Assembly (NCBI GenBank): GCA_910577815.1
Contig: CAJTNO010000003.1
Coordinates: 1,586 to 65,585, forward strand
DNA length: 64,000 nt
Direction: 5' to 3'
Source of the DNA: an uncultured Christensenella sp.
GTDB taxonomy: Bacteria > Bacillota > Clostridia > Christensenellales > CAG-917
This document shows positions 1 through 8,220 of the stretch, in pieces. Every line of letters starts with the position of its first letter. The first letter of the stretch is position 1. The position numbers and the translations under genes were made by a program. A model generated the notes under the pieces. The model saw nothing but the letters and a program-made list of their open reading frames with translations, ran no database searches and had not been told where the DNA came from.

Positions 1-433
1 CGACGGTATAAAGCGAATCCTTAACGGCTATATCGTCGTTAACGTAAACGGCGTCTACCTTGATGCCGTCTTCCTGCGCGTCAGACATAGCGTTGTTAAA
101 GTTCATACAGTCACCTGAATAGTTTTTGATGATTAAAAGAACGCCCTTGTCGGTTGCGCATTTTTTGATTGAGTTGTAAACCTGAACCTGAGAAGGGGAG
201 GCGAATACATCTCCGCAAACTGCAGCGTCAAGCATACCTTTGCCGACGAAGCCCGCGTGAGCAGGCTCGTGACCGCTACCGCCTCCGGAAATAAGACTTA
301 CTTTGTTGTCGTCAATTTCTTTCTTCTTTACTATTTTGAATTTTTCAACAAATTCAAGCTCGGGATGAGCTGCTGCAAGCCCGTGACACATATCGTATAC
401 GAAGGTCTCGGGAGTGTTCATAATCTTTTTCAT
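1..433 (-). CDS. dhaK: Dihydroxyacetone kinase subunit DhaK (N-terminal part; gene continues past the left edge)
   Basis: Hand translation of the minus strand from the ATG at 433 gives MKKIMNTPETFVYDMCHGLAAAHPELEF...LISGGGSGHEPAHAGFVGKGMLDAAVCGDVFASP. GGGSGHEP and FASP are DhaK hallmarks. GGAGA lies 6 nt upstream. It is absent from the ORF track because it is open at the window edge. Confidence 0.85.
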   Translation of the reverse strand, partial: MKKIMNTPETFVYDMCHGLAAAHPELEFVEKFKIVKKKEIDDNKVSLISGGGSGHEPAHAGFVGKGMLDAAVCGDVFASPSQVQVYNSIKKCATDKGVLLIIKNYSGDCMNFNNAMSDAQEDGIKVDAVYVNDDIAVKDSLYTV

Positions 434-589
434 AATTATCTCCTTATCAAAGCAATGCACGTATTTATATTGTATATTGCTTAAAATAAATAATAAAGTA
501 TTATAATTTTAGTGTTTTTTTAAAATACTAAATAAAAATTCTCAGTATTTAGTACAATTATTTATATATTAGATAATTTTGATATCAGC

Positions 590-621
590 AAATACTCTCC
601 CGCATTGCGGGAGAGTATTTG
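590..621 (-). terminator. GC-cored hairpin directly after the gldA stop (possible attenuator or terminator between gldA and dhaK)
   Basis: Inverted repeat AATACTCTCCCGC / GCGGGAGAGTATT with a 4-nt loop, 9 nt beyond the gldA stop codon. T-rich on both flanks. Confidence 0.55.
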
Positions 622-629
622 TACAATCA

Positions 630-1787
630 TTAGTCGCAGCAACCGCAATCGCAGCCGCCGTATTTGAAATCGTGACCAATCTTATCGGCAGTTTTGATAG
701 CCGCTTTAACCATATCCACTGTAACGGGGAATGGCATATTGTGAATGGATTCGTCGGGAATGCAGGTCTTTTCCGCAATAGCGGTGAGCATTTCGTCGTC
801 GATTTCATCGGTACCAAGGTCTTTCAGGCAGACGGGAAGTCCAACCTCCTCGCAGAAATTAAGAACCTCGTACAGCTCTTCCTCGGGGCTGTTTTCAAGT
901 ACAAGCTGGCAGATAGTTCCGAATGCAACCATTTCGCCGTGGAAGTACTTGGTGTGCGAGGGGAGAAGCGTGAGTCCGTCGTGTATAGCGTGCGCCGCGG
1001 CAAGACCGCCGCTTTCAAAACCGAGACCGGAAAGCAGAATGTTGGTTTCTACTATCTTTTCAAATGCGGGAGTGACGCTGTTCATATCGCAAGCCGCTTT
1101 AGCCTTTGCACCGTCGGAAAGAAGGGTTTTGTAGCAGAGCTCGGCAAGTGCGAATGCCGCCATAGTGCCGTATCCGAGCATAGTTCCCTTTGCGCGGTTA
1201 GCGCCGCAGGGCAAGCCTGCGTTTACGTTCGAGCAGGATTTTACGTTTGCGCGCGCTTCGAAATAAGTGGAAAGCGCGTCGCCCATTCCGCTTACGAGGA
1301 AGCGAGTTGGCGCATTTGCGATTACCGTTGTATCAATAAGCACAACGCTAGGGCTTTGTCTGAAATATGCGTAATCGTCAAAGTGATGGTCGTCCGTATA
1401 GAGAACAGCCGAGTGGGACGTAGGCGCGTCCGTAGCTGCTATAGTGGGGCAGATGATAAGGTTGTTGCCTGCCGCTACGCATTTTGATGTGTCGATAGCT
1501 TTGCCGCCGCCAAGACCGATGGTGCAAGCGCATTTGTTGGCTTTTGCAAAATCCTGTAACGCCTTAACGACATTGCGGGAGCATTCGCCTTTAAATATAT
1601 CGCTTGTGACGAATTCTACGCCGAATTTCTTTTGGGTTGCTTCAAGCTCGTCCTTGACGAGGTTAAGCGCAAACGGGTCGGCGATAAGCAGTGCCTTCTT
1701 GCCGAAGGTTCTGACAAAATATCCAAGGTTGAGCAGCTCGCGCTCGCCCTGGACATACTTGGTTGGGCAAATAAATGCTTTTCTCAT
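630..1787 (-). CDS. gldA: Glycerol dehydrogenase (iron-containing alcohol dehydrogenase family) with a Cys-rich C-terminal tail
   Basis: 385-aa ORF. MRKAFICPTKYVQGERELLNLGYF, GGGKAIDT and metal-site His residues (HAIHDG, HGEMVAFG) are typical of GldA. It sits directly upstream of dhaK. Confidence 0.9.
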   Translation of the reverse strand: MRKAFICPTKYVQGERELLNLGYFVRTFGKKALLIADPFALNLVKDELEATQKKFGVEFVTSDIFKGECSRNVVKALQDFAKANKCACTIGLGGGKAIDTSKCVAAGNNLIICPTIAATDAPTSHSAVLYTDDHHFDDYAYFRQSPSVVLIDTTVIANAPTRFLVSGMGDALSTYFEARANVKSCSNVNAGLPCGANRAKGTMLGYGTMAAFALAELCYKTLLSDGAKAKAACDMNSVTPAFEKIVETNILLSGLGFESGGLAAAHAIHDGLTLLPSHTKYFHGEMVAFGTICQLVLENSPEEELYEVLNFCEEVGLPVCLKDLGTDEIDDEMLTAIAEKTCIPDESIHNMPFPVTVDMVKAAIKTADKIGHDFKYGGCDCGCCD

Positions 1788-2107
1788 AATTTTCTCCTTG
1801 TAGAAGTGTTTATTTATGGAATAATTATATATCCTATAAAACCTAATTTCAAGACTGAATTTACTAAAAAATGGTAAATTTTTAAAGATTTTTGTGAAAA
1901 TCTAACGATTTTTATATAAATTTGCATTGCGCAATTCAAATTTTAATTAGTTTTTAATTTTTTGATTTCGATATTTAAAAAATTAAAAATTGTCGTTTTT
2001 ATTAAAAACAGATGTAAGCTTTAGCGTTGACAATGCTATAATACAATCGTAAAATGAGATGAATACTACAGCTTGCTTGCGTAAATCATTTATAACGGAG
2101 ATATTTT

Positions 2108-2854
2108 ATGGATATAAAGTCATCTGTACAAAAAAGAGTTGAATGGATTAAAAATATATTGGCGGAGTCCGGCGCTAAAGGCATAATTTACGGAAACAGC
2201 GGAGGAAAGGATTGCACGCTTGTAGGCGCGCTCTGTAAATTGGCGACGGATAACGTTCTCGGCGTGATTATGCCGTGTCAGTCCGTGCAGAATTATGGCA
2301 GCGACCGCGATGACGCTTTGCTTGCGGGTAAGACGTTTAACATAGAGCAGATTGAAATCGATTTGACCGATGTAAAAATCGATATGCTAAACGCATTGGA
2401 TAAAGAACTGTCTAAAAGCATTGCAAGCGAATATAGCCTGAAAATGGCGGGAGTAAATATAAATCCGAGACTCAGGATGACTGCATTATACGCATTGGGA
2501 CAGGCAAGAGGCTATCTTGTTGCGGGAACCGGTAATCTTGACGAGCTGACTCTCGGATATTTTACCAAGTGGGGCGACGGAGCGTGCGATTTTAATCCTA
2601 TAGCGGATTTGAACGTAGGCGAGGTTTACGAGCATTTAAGTTATCTCGGCGCGCCCGAAAGTATAATAGGTAAAGCTCCTTCGGCGGGTTTATATCAAGG
2701 ACAGACGGACGAGGACGAGCTTGGAATTAAGTATTCCGACGTAGATTCGTATTTAAAGGGTGAAGAAATTTCATCGGAGGTCAAGGATAAAATCGAGAGA
2801 GCTAAGCGCGCTTCTGCTCATAAGCTCAGAATGCCTATGAAATATGGAGAATGA
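2108..2854 (+). CDS. nadE: Ammonia-dependent NAD+ synthetase
   Basis: 248-aa ORF with a PP-loop GNSGGKDCTL, GTGNLDELTLGYFTKWGDG, and GGAG 8 nt upstream of the ATG. Confidence 0.9.
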   Translation: MDIKSSVQKRVEWIKNILAESGAKGIIYGNSGGKDCTLVGALCKLATDNVLGVIMPCQSVQNYGSDRDDALLAGKTFNIEQIEIDLTDVKIDMLNALDKELSKSIASEYSLKMAGVNINPRLRMTALYALGQARGYLVAGTGNLDELTLGYFTKWGDGACDFNPIADLNVGEVYEHLSYLGAPESIIGKAPSAGLYQGQTDEDELGIKYSDVDSYLKGEEISSEVKDKIERAKRASAHKLRMPMKYGE

Positions 2855-3034
2855 TTGATCATTTAAAGTTTGATTTTGCAATTCGTCATTTAAATTTTTA
2901 GTAAAAATATATCGTTAGATATACGTTTTTTTGCTATAACAAGTAATTTTTGTATGACGGACAAATCACAATTAAAGCATCCTTATTATTACATATATTT
3001 ACAGATAATATTTATAAATAATATCCTAATATCC

Positions 3035-3063
3035 TTGCAACGGGTTTTCAAATGTGTTAGAAT
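3035..3063 (+). promoter_or_regulatory. Sigma-A-type promoter for the hydrogenase operon
   Basis: TTGCAA (3035-3040), 17-nt spacer, TAGAAT (3058-3063) preceded by TGT. About 30 nt upstream of the nuoE-like start. Confidence 0.5.
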
Positions 3064-3094
3064 ACATCTACAGTGTTATTTTACGGAGGAATTT

Positions 3095-3601
3095 ATGTCA
3101 AAAATTAAACTGACTACTGTAGCTTTCAAAGGCACGGCTGAACAGGAAACGCAGTTGAGACAGATGCTCAAAGAGATTATGTCTTCCGAGCATCCGAGCG
3201 TTATGACGGCGTTGCAAAAAGCACAGTCGATTTACGGTTATCTGCCCGTTGAAGTGCAGAGCATAATAGCCGACACGATGGGCGTTTCTCTCGAGGAAGT
3301 GTTCGGAGTGGCGACTTTTTATTCTCAGTTCACTCTCAATCCGCAGGGCGCGTATGCTTTCGGCGTTTGTCTGGGTACAGCGTGCTACGTTAAAGGCTCT
3401 GGTGACATCGTCGCCAAGCTTGAGGAATGTCTCGGGCTTAAGGACGGGGAAACGTCGTCGGACGGCAGATTTTCCATTGCGTCAACAAGATGCGTAGGCT
3501 GCTGCGGTCTTGCTCCCGTTATGACGGTCAACAGCGAGGTTTACGGCAAGCTTACCGAAAAGGATATCCCCGGCATAGTAGCAAAGTATCAGGAGATGTA
3601 A
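3095..3601 (+). CDS. hydC: [FeFe]-hydrogenase NuoE-like subunit (thioredoxin-like [2Fe-2S]; HydC/HndA type)
   Basis: An internal ATG at 3095 with GGAGGA 6 nt upstream gives MSKIKLTTVAFKG.... The Cys pattern CLGTACYVKG...CVGCCGLAP is NuoE-type. The track start at 2954 adds an AT-rich, implausible N-terminus. Confidence 0.85.
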   Translation: MSKIKLTTVAFKGTAEQETQLRQMLKEIMSSEHPSVMTALQKAQSIYGYLPVEVQSIIADTMGVSLEEVFGVATFYSQFTLNPQGAYAFGVCLGTACYVKGSGDIVAKLEECLGLKDGETSSDGRFSIASTRCVGCCGLAPVMTVNSEVYGKLTEKDIPGIVAKYQEM

Positions 3602-3609
3602 ATCTTCGT

Positions 3610-4131
3610 ATGAGAGAGATTTCGCTCGCCGTACTCGATATAGCGCAGAATTCGATAGACGCAAATGCAGGTCTGATAAAAATCGACTTAAGCGTTAATG
3701 ACGACTTTATTGAAATTAAGGTTAGTGACGACGGCGGGGGGATGAGCGATACACAGATTGAAAGGGCAACCGAACTCGGAGTATCTTATAAAGGTAGCTC
3801 GGGCTTGGGCTTGGCGCTTCTTAAGGATGAAATTTTACAGTGCGACGGAGTGCTGAATATCAAATCCGAAGTAGGATTCGGTACGGATGTAGAAGCACGT
3901 TATAATCGCATCGCTCAAGCTGAGATAGGCGACTTAGGCTCTACGTTCGTAACGCTTGTAGACGAGAGCTTTGATACGGTGCTGATGCTCAATATCCGCG
4001 GTTTAGTCGCCGAATACGATACAAGGGAGATTAAATCCTCCGCCTGTGTGGCTGATTTGCAGTCATCCGGCGCGCTTCGCTTGATTAGAGAGGATATCAA
4101 CAAAAAGACAAATGGAGGAGCAATGTTATGA
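3610..4131 (+). CDS. Stand-alone GHKL (histidine-kinase-like) ATPase domain protein embedded in the hydrogenase operon
   Basis: ATG at 3610 gives MREISLAVLDIAQNSIDANAG (N box), DDGGGM (G1 box) and GSSGLGLALL (G2 box). No DHp/His-phosphotransfer region is visible. Its stop overlaps the next start (ATGA at 4128). Confidence 0.75.
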   Translation: MREISLAVLDIAQNSIDANAGLIKIDLSVNDDFIEIKVSDDGGGMSDTQIERATELGVSYKGSSGLGLALLKDEILQCDGVLNIKSEVGFGTDVEARYNRIAQAEIGDLGSTFVTLVDESFDTVLMLNIRGLVAEYDTREIKSSACVADLQSSGALRLIREDINKKTNGGAML

Positions 4132-4496
4132 AAAGCATCGCCGATATAATGGCAATCAGAGAGGCAATGCAATCGCAAATCATTTTGCGAGACAACGCCG
4201 ACGCCGAAAAGGAGACTCATATCGTTGTCGGTATGGGTACCTGCGGTATTAACGCAGGCGCAAGAACGGTTTTCAACGCGTTGGTGGATGAAATTGAGGA
4301 GCGCGCTTTAAAGGGCGTTCGCGTGACGCGTACGGGCTGCCTTGGCAGTTGCTCGCAGGAGCCGAGCATCGAGGTTCATATACCGGGTAAAGAGGTTGTT
4401 AAATATGCAAATCTCGACGCAAAGAAAGCGGTTGAAATAATTGAAAAGCACATAATCGGTGGCAACGTATGCACCGAGTACCTTGCAAAGGCGTAA
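4128..4496 (+). CDS. Small thioredoxin-like [2Fe-2S] ferredoxin (HndB-like hydrogenase subunit)
   Basis: 122-aa ORF with GMGTCGINAGA...CLGSCSQEP Cys motifs. GGAGGA lies upstream. Translationally coupled to the preceding gene. Confidence 0.8.
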   Translation: MKSIADIMAIREAMQSQIILRDNADAEKETHIVVGMGTCGINAGARTVFNALVDEIEERALKGVRVTRTGCLGSCSQEPSIEVHIPGKEVVKYANLDAKKAVEIIEKHIIGGNVCTEYLAKA

Positions 4497-4508
4497 GGAG
4501 GGGAAAAT

Positions 4509-6296
4509 ATGTACAGAACTCATATACTGGTTTGCGGAGGTACAGGCTGTCATTCAAATAACAGCGGAAAAATCCGCGAGGCTTTCGAGCAACAGATTAA
4601 GGAGAAAAATCTTCAGGACGACGTACTTGTTGTAGGCACCGGCTGCTTCGGTCTGTGCGCGGTAGGTCCTATTATAATCATCTATCCCGAGGGCGCTTTT
4701 TACAGCTGCATAAGCGTTGACGACGTTCCCGAGATTATCGAGGAGCATATTATCAAGGGCAGACTTGTGGAAAGATTGCTCTATCACGAAAAGGCGCTTG
4801 GCAACAAAGCGGTAAAGGCACTGTCCGATACCAACTTCTATAAGAAGCAAACCCGCGTAGCTCTGCGCAACTGCGGTGTTATCAATCCCGAGAAGATAGA
4901 CGAGTATATCGCTCGCGACGGATATCAGGCTCTTATCAAATGTCTGACCGAGCTCGATTCTCAGCAGGTCATCGATATTATCAAGGCTTCGGGGCTTCGC
5001 GGCAGAGGCGGCGCGGGCTTCCCGACGGGCGTAAAGTGGCAGTTTGCTAAAAATCAGAATAATGACACAAAATATGTATGCTGCAATGCCGACGAGGGCG
5101 ACCCCGGCGCGTTTATGGACAGGTCCGTTCTCGAAGGCGACCCGCACGCGGTTCTCGAGGCAATGACAATCGCGGGCTACGCAATCGGCTCGCATCAAGG
5201 ATATATATATGTCCGCGCGGAGTATCCGATTGCCGTAGAGCGTTTGAAAATCGCTATAGAACAGGCAAGAGAATACGGCTTGCTCGGAGATAATATTCTC
5301 GGTACGGGCTTCAAATTCGATATAGAGCTTAAGCTCGGCTCGGGCGCATTCGTTTGCGGCGAGGAAACCGCGCTTATGACGTCTATCGAAGGTCATCGCG
5401 GCGAGCCGCGTCCCCGTCCTCCGTTCCCGGCGGTAAAGGGACTGTTCGGCAAGCCTACAATCCTTAATAACGTCGAAACATATGCGAATATAACTCAGAT
5501 TATTTTGAACGGCGCGGAGTGGTTCGCGTCAATGGGTACAGAAAAGTCCAAGGGAACAAAGGTATTTGCTCTGGGCGGAAAGATTGTTAATACGGGTCTT
5601 GTGGAAATACCTATGGGTACCACTCTCAGAGAGATTATCGAGGACATCGGCGGAGGCATCCCCAACGGCAAAAAGTTCAAAGCGGCTCAGACGGGCGGAC
5701 CTTCGGGCGGATGCATTCCCGCGGAGCATCTCGATATTCCAATCGATTACGACAACCTTATCGCAATAGGCTCTATGATGGGCTCGGGCGGTATGATTGT
5801 TATGGACGAGGACAACTGTATGGTTGACATAGCCAAGTTCTTCCTTGAGTTCACGGTTGACGAGAGCTGCGGAAAATGTACTCCCTGCCGTATAGGCAAC
5901 CGCCGCTTGCTCGAGTATCTCGACAAGATTACCAGCGGTCAGGCGACTATGCAGGACCTCGAGGATATGGAACAGCTCTGTTATTACATAAAGTCAAATT
6001 CGCTCTGCGGATTGGGTCAGACTGCGCCTAACCCCGTGCTGTCTACGCTCCGTTATTTCCGTAACGAGTACGAGGCGCACATCTTGGAGCACCGCTGTCC
6101 CGCCCACGTTTGCAAGCGTCTTGTTCAGTATAAGATTACGGACGACTGCAAGGGCTGCTCGGCTTGCGCAAGAAAGTGTCCCGTAAACGCTATCTCGGGC
6201 GAGATTAAAAAGAAGTTTGAAATTGACTTGAACAAGTGCATTAAGTGCGGACAATGTATCCAGACTTGCCGCTTTAACGCTATCGTCAAAGAGTAA
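4509..6296 (+). CDS. hydB: [FeFe]-hydrogenase NuoF-like NAD(H)/FMN subunit (HydB/HndC)
   Basis: 595 aa. N-terminal 2Fe-2S domain (VCGGTGCHS...GCFGLCAVGP), GRGGAGFPTG FMN/NADH site, ESCGKCTPCRIG 4Fe-4S motif, and two C-terminal ferredoxin-type CxxCxxCxxxCP motifs. Confidence 0.9.
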   Translation: MYRTHILVCGGTGCHSNNSGKIREAFEQQIKEKNLQDDVLVVGTGCFGLCAVGPIIIIYPEGAFYSCISVDDVPEIIEEHIIKGRLVERLLYHEKALGNKAVKALSDTNFYKKQTRVALRNCGVINPEKIDEYIARDGYQALIKCLTELDSQQVIDIIKASGLRGRGGAGFPTGVKWQFAKNQNNDTKYVCCNADEGDPGAFMDRSVLEGDPHAVLEAMTIAGYAIGSHQGYIYVRAEYPIAVERLKIAIEQAREYGLLGDNILGTGFKFDIELKLGSGAFVCGEETALMTSIEGHRGEPRPRPPFPAVKGLFGKPTILNNVETYANITQIILNGAEWFASMGTEKSKGTKVFALGGKIVNTGLVEIPMGTTLREIIEDIGGGIPNGKKFKAAQTGGPSGGCIPAEHLDIPIDYDNLIAIGSMMGSGGMIVMDEDNCMVDIAKFFLEFTVDESCGKCTPCRIGNRRLLEYLDKITSGQATMQDLEDMEQLCYYIKSNSLCGLGQTAPNPVLSTLRYFRNEYEAHILEHRCPAHVCKRLVQYKITDDCKGCSACARKCPVNAISGEIKKKFEIDLNKCIKCGQCIQTCRFNAIVKE

Positions 6297-6309
6297 TTGA
6301 GGTGTAACT

Positions 6310-8049
6310 ATGGCATTGGTAAATGTAAAAATCAATAATATTTCGGTACAGGTAGAAGAAGGCTCTACTATTTTGGAGGCTGCAAAGGCCGCGGGAATTA
6401 AAATTCCCACGCTGTGCTATCTCAAGGGCGTAAATGAAATCGGCGCCTGCCGCGTGTGCGTCTGCGAGGTCAAGGGAGCGAGAAGCCTTGTAGCGGCTTG
6501 CGTGTATCCCGTAAACGAGGGTATGGAGGTGTTTACTAATACGCCTGCCGTAAGACAGTCCAGAAAGGCAACGGTCGAGCTTTTGCTCTCCAACCACAAT
6601 AAGGATTGCTTGAGCTGCGTAAGAAACAACAACTGCGAGCTTCAGACTCTCTCTCTCGAGTTGGGCTGCGACAGCAAGAAATACGAGGGCTCTAAGACCG
6701 AAGCTCAGATAGACGACAGCGCCGCCTGCGTTATACGCGACAACAGCAAGTGCGTGCTTTGCCGCCGCTGCGTTGCGGTTTGCAAGGAATATCAGTCGGT
6801 TGCGGTTATCGGCGCAAACAGCAGAGGCTTCGATACTCATATTGCTTGCGCGTTTGAAAAACCCCTTGCAAGCACAGCTTGCGTAGGATGCGGACAGTGT
6901 ATAGTTGCCTGTCCTACGGGCGCGTTGCACGAGAAGGAGGAGATAGACGAGGTAATAGACGCTATTTCCAATCCTCGTAAGCGCGTGATAGTCGGCGCGG
7001 CTCCGTCTGTGCGCGTAGGCTTGGGCGAGGAATTCGGTATGCCTATCGGCTCGAACGTACAAGGTAAGATGGTTGCGGCTCTGCGCAGACTCGGCTTTGA
7101 CGACGTGTTTGACGTGAACTTTGCGGCGGACCTTACCATTATGGAGGAAGGCACCGAGTTTTTAAGCAGAGTTAAGAACGGCGGAACGCTTCCAATGATA
7201 ACAAGCTGTTCTCCTGCCTGGATAAAATTCTGCGAGCATAATTTCCCGGACCAGCTCGACCATTTGTCTACCTGCAAATCTCCTCAGCAGATGTTCGGCG
7301 CGATTTGCAAGACATATTATGCCGAAAAGCTTGGCGTAGACCCTGCGGATATCGTAGTTGTATCTATTATGCCTTGCACGGCTAAGAAGTTTGAAAAAGG
7401 CAGAGGTAACCAAAATGCGGCTGGAGTACCCGATATTGACTATGCGCTTACAACAAGAGAGCTTGCAAAGCTTATTAAGCGTTCGGGTATAATATTTGAC
7501 GAGCTTCCCGACGAGGATTATGATTCTCCGCTCGGCTTATTCTCGGGCGCAGGTTTGATTTTCGGCGTAACGGGCGGCGTTATGGAAGCCGCGCTGCGTA
7601 CGGTCTACGAGGTTGTTGTCGGCAAGCCCGCTCCGTCTATCGATTTCAACGAGGTAAGAGGCACTGAGGGTATTAAAGAAGCGGAATATGACCTCAACGG
7701 CAAGAAGGTAAAGGTTTGCGTAGCGTCCGGACTTGCAAATGCAAGGAAGGTTATGGACGACGTAAGAGCGGGCGTATCTCCCTATGATTTCATAGAGATT
7801 ATGTCTTGCCCCGGCGGATGCGTAAACGGAGGCGGACAACCTATAAAGACCGCTTACGAGCGCAATAATAAGGACATCAGGACTATACGCGCTAAGTCGA
7901 TTTACGAGCAGGATGCAAATATGACTCTCCGCAAGTCGCACGAGAATCCGGCAGTACAGCAGCTTTACAAGGACTATCTCGGCGAGCCCAACAGTCATAA
8001 GGCGCACGAGATACTGCATACCTCTTACGAGCCAAGACAGAAGTATTAA
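6310..8049 (+). CDS. hydA: [FeFe]-hydrogenase catalytic subunit (group A, multimeric bifurcating type)
   Basis: 579 aa. N-terminal 2Fe-2S and accessory FeS domains. H-cluster motifs MPCTAKKFE (L2) and EIMSCPGGCVNGGGQP (L3). The L1 motif reads TSCSPAW (see findings). Confidence 0.9.
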   Translation: MALVNVKINNISVQVEEGSTILEAAKAAGIKIPTLCYLKGVNEIGACRVCVCEVKGARSLVAACVYPVNEGMEVFTNTPAVRQSRKATVELLLSNHNKDCLSCVRNNNCELQTLSLELGCDSKKYEGSKTEAQIDDSAACVIRDNSKCVLCRRCVAVCKEYQSVAVIGANSRGFDTHIACAFEKPLASTACVGCGQCIVACPTGALHEKEEIDEVIDAISNPRKRVIVGAAPSVRVGLGEEFGMPIGSNVQGKMVAALRRLGFDDVFDVNFAADLTIMEEGTEFLSRVKNGGTLPMITSCSPAWIKFCEHNFPDQLDHLSTCKSPQQMFGAICKTYYAEKLGVDPADIVVVSIMPCTAKKFEKGRGNQNAAGVPDIDYALTTRELAKLIKRSGIIFDELPDEDYDSPLGLFSGAGLIFGVTGGVMEAALRTVYEVVVGKPAPSIDFNEVRGTEGIKEAEYDLNGKKVKVCVASGLANARKVMDDVRAGVSPYDFIEIMSCPGGCVNGGGQPIKTAYERNNKDIRTIRAKSIYEQDANMTLRKSHENPAVQQLYKDYLGEPNSHKAHEILHTSYEPRQKY

Positions 8050-8092
8050 GCTTAAATTTAATCGATATAATGTTTTAGATAGCCTAAATTTA

Positions 8093-8118
8093 ACTGCGAC
8101 CGCTTATGCGGTCGCAGT
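8093..8118 (+). terminator. Hairpin after hydA
   Basis: ACTGCGACCGC-TTAT-GCGGTCGCAGT, a perfect 11-bp stem 44 nt after the stop. The trailing T-tract is weak (TAATTAAT). Confidence 0.6.
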
Positions 8119-8188
8119 TAATTAATGTGCAATAAAGGGTTTTAAACAAATTAGGACATATAAAGTCAGCAAGGCAGGCGTTTAGTGC

Positions 8189-8217
8189 TTGCAAATATAT
8201 CGGATTGGTGATATACT
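8189..8217 (+). promoter_or_regulatory. Promoter of the SRP RNA gene
   Basis: TTGCAA (8189-8194), 17-nt spacer, TATACT (8212-8217) with an extended -10 TG at 8209-8210. Confidence 0.6.
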
Positions 8218-8220
8218 TTG

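Noticed and set aside
2954-3094. Upstream extensions of real genes in the ORF track: the nuoE-like gene from 2954, pta from 21556, plsX from 24166, the prs-like gene from 43150, pcrA from 52569, yicC from 57080 and the CBM protein from 36906.
   Set aside because: The extensions run through promoter, terminator or AT-rich spacer DNA and give implausible N-termini. In each case an internal ATG or TTG with a proper SD reproduces the family-typical N-terminus.
2855-3094. Search for a Rex operator (TTGTGAA-N4-TTCACAA-like) upstream of the hydrogenase operon.
   Set aside because: I found no sequence with that symmetry in the region, only the promoter elements. I cannot exclude a degenerate site without a matrix scan.
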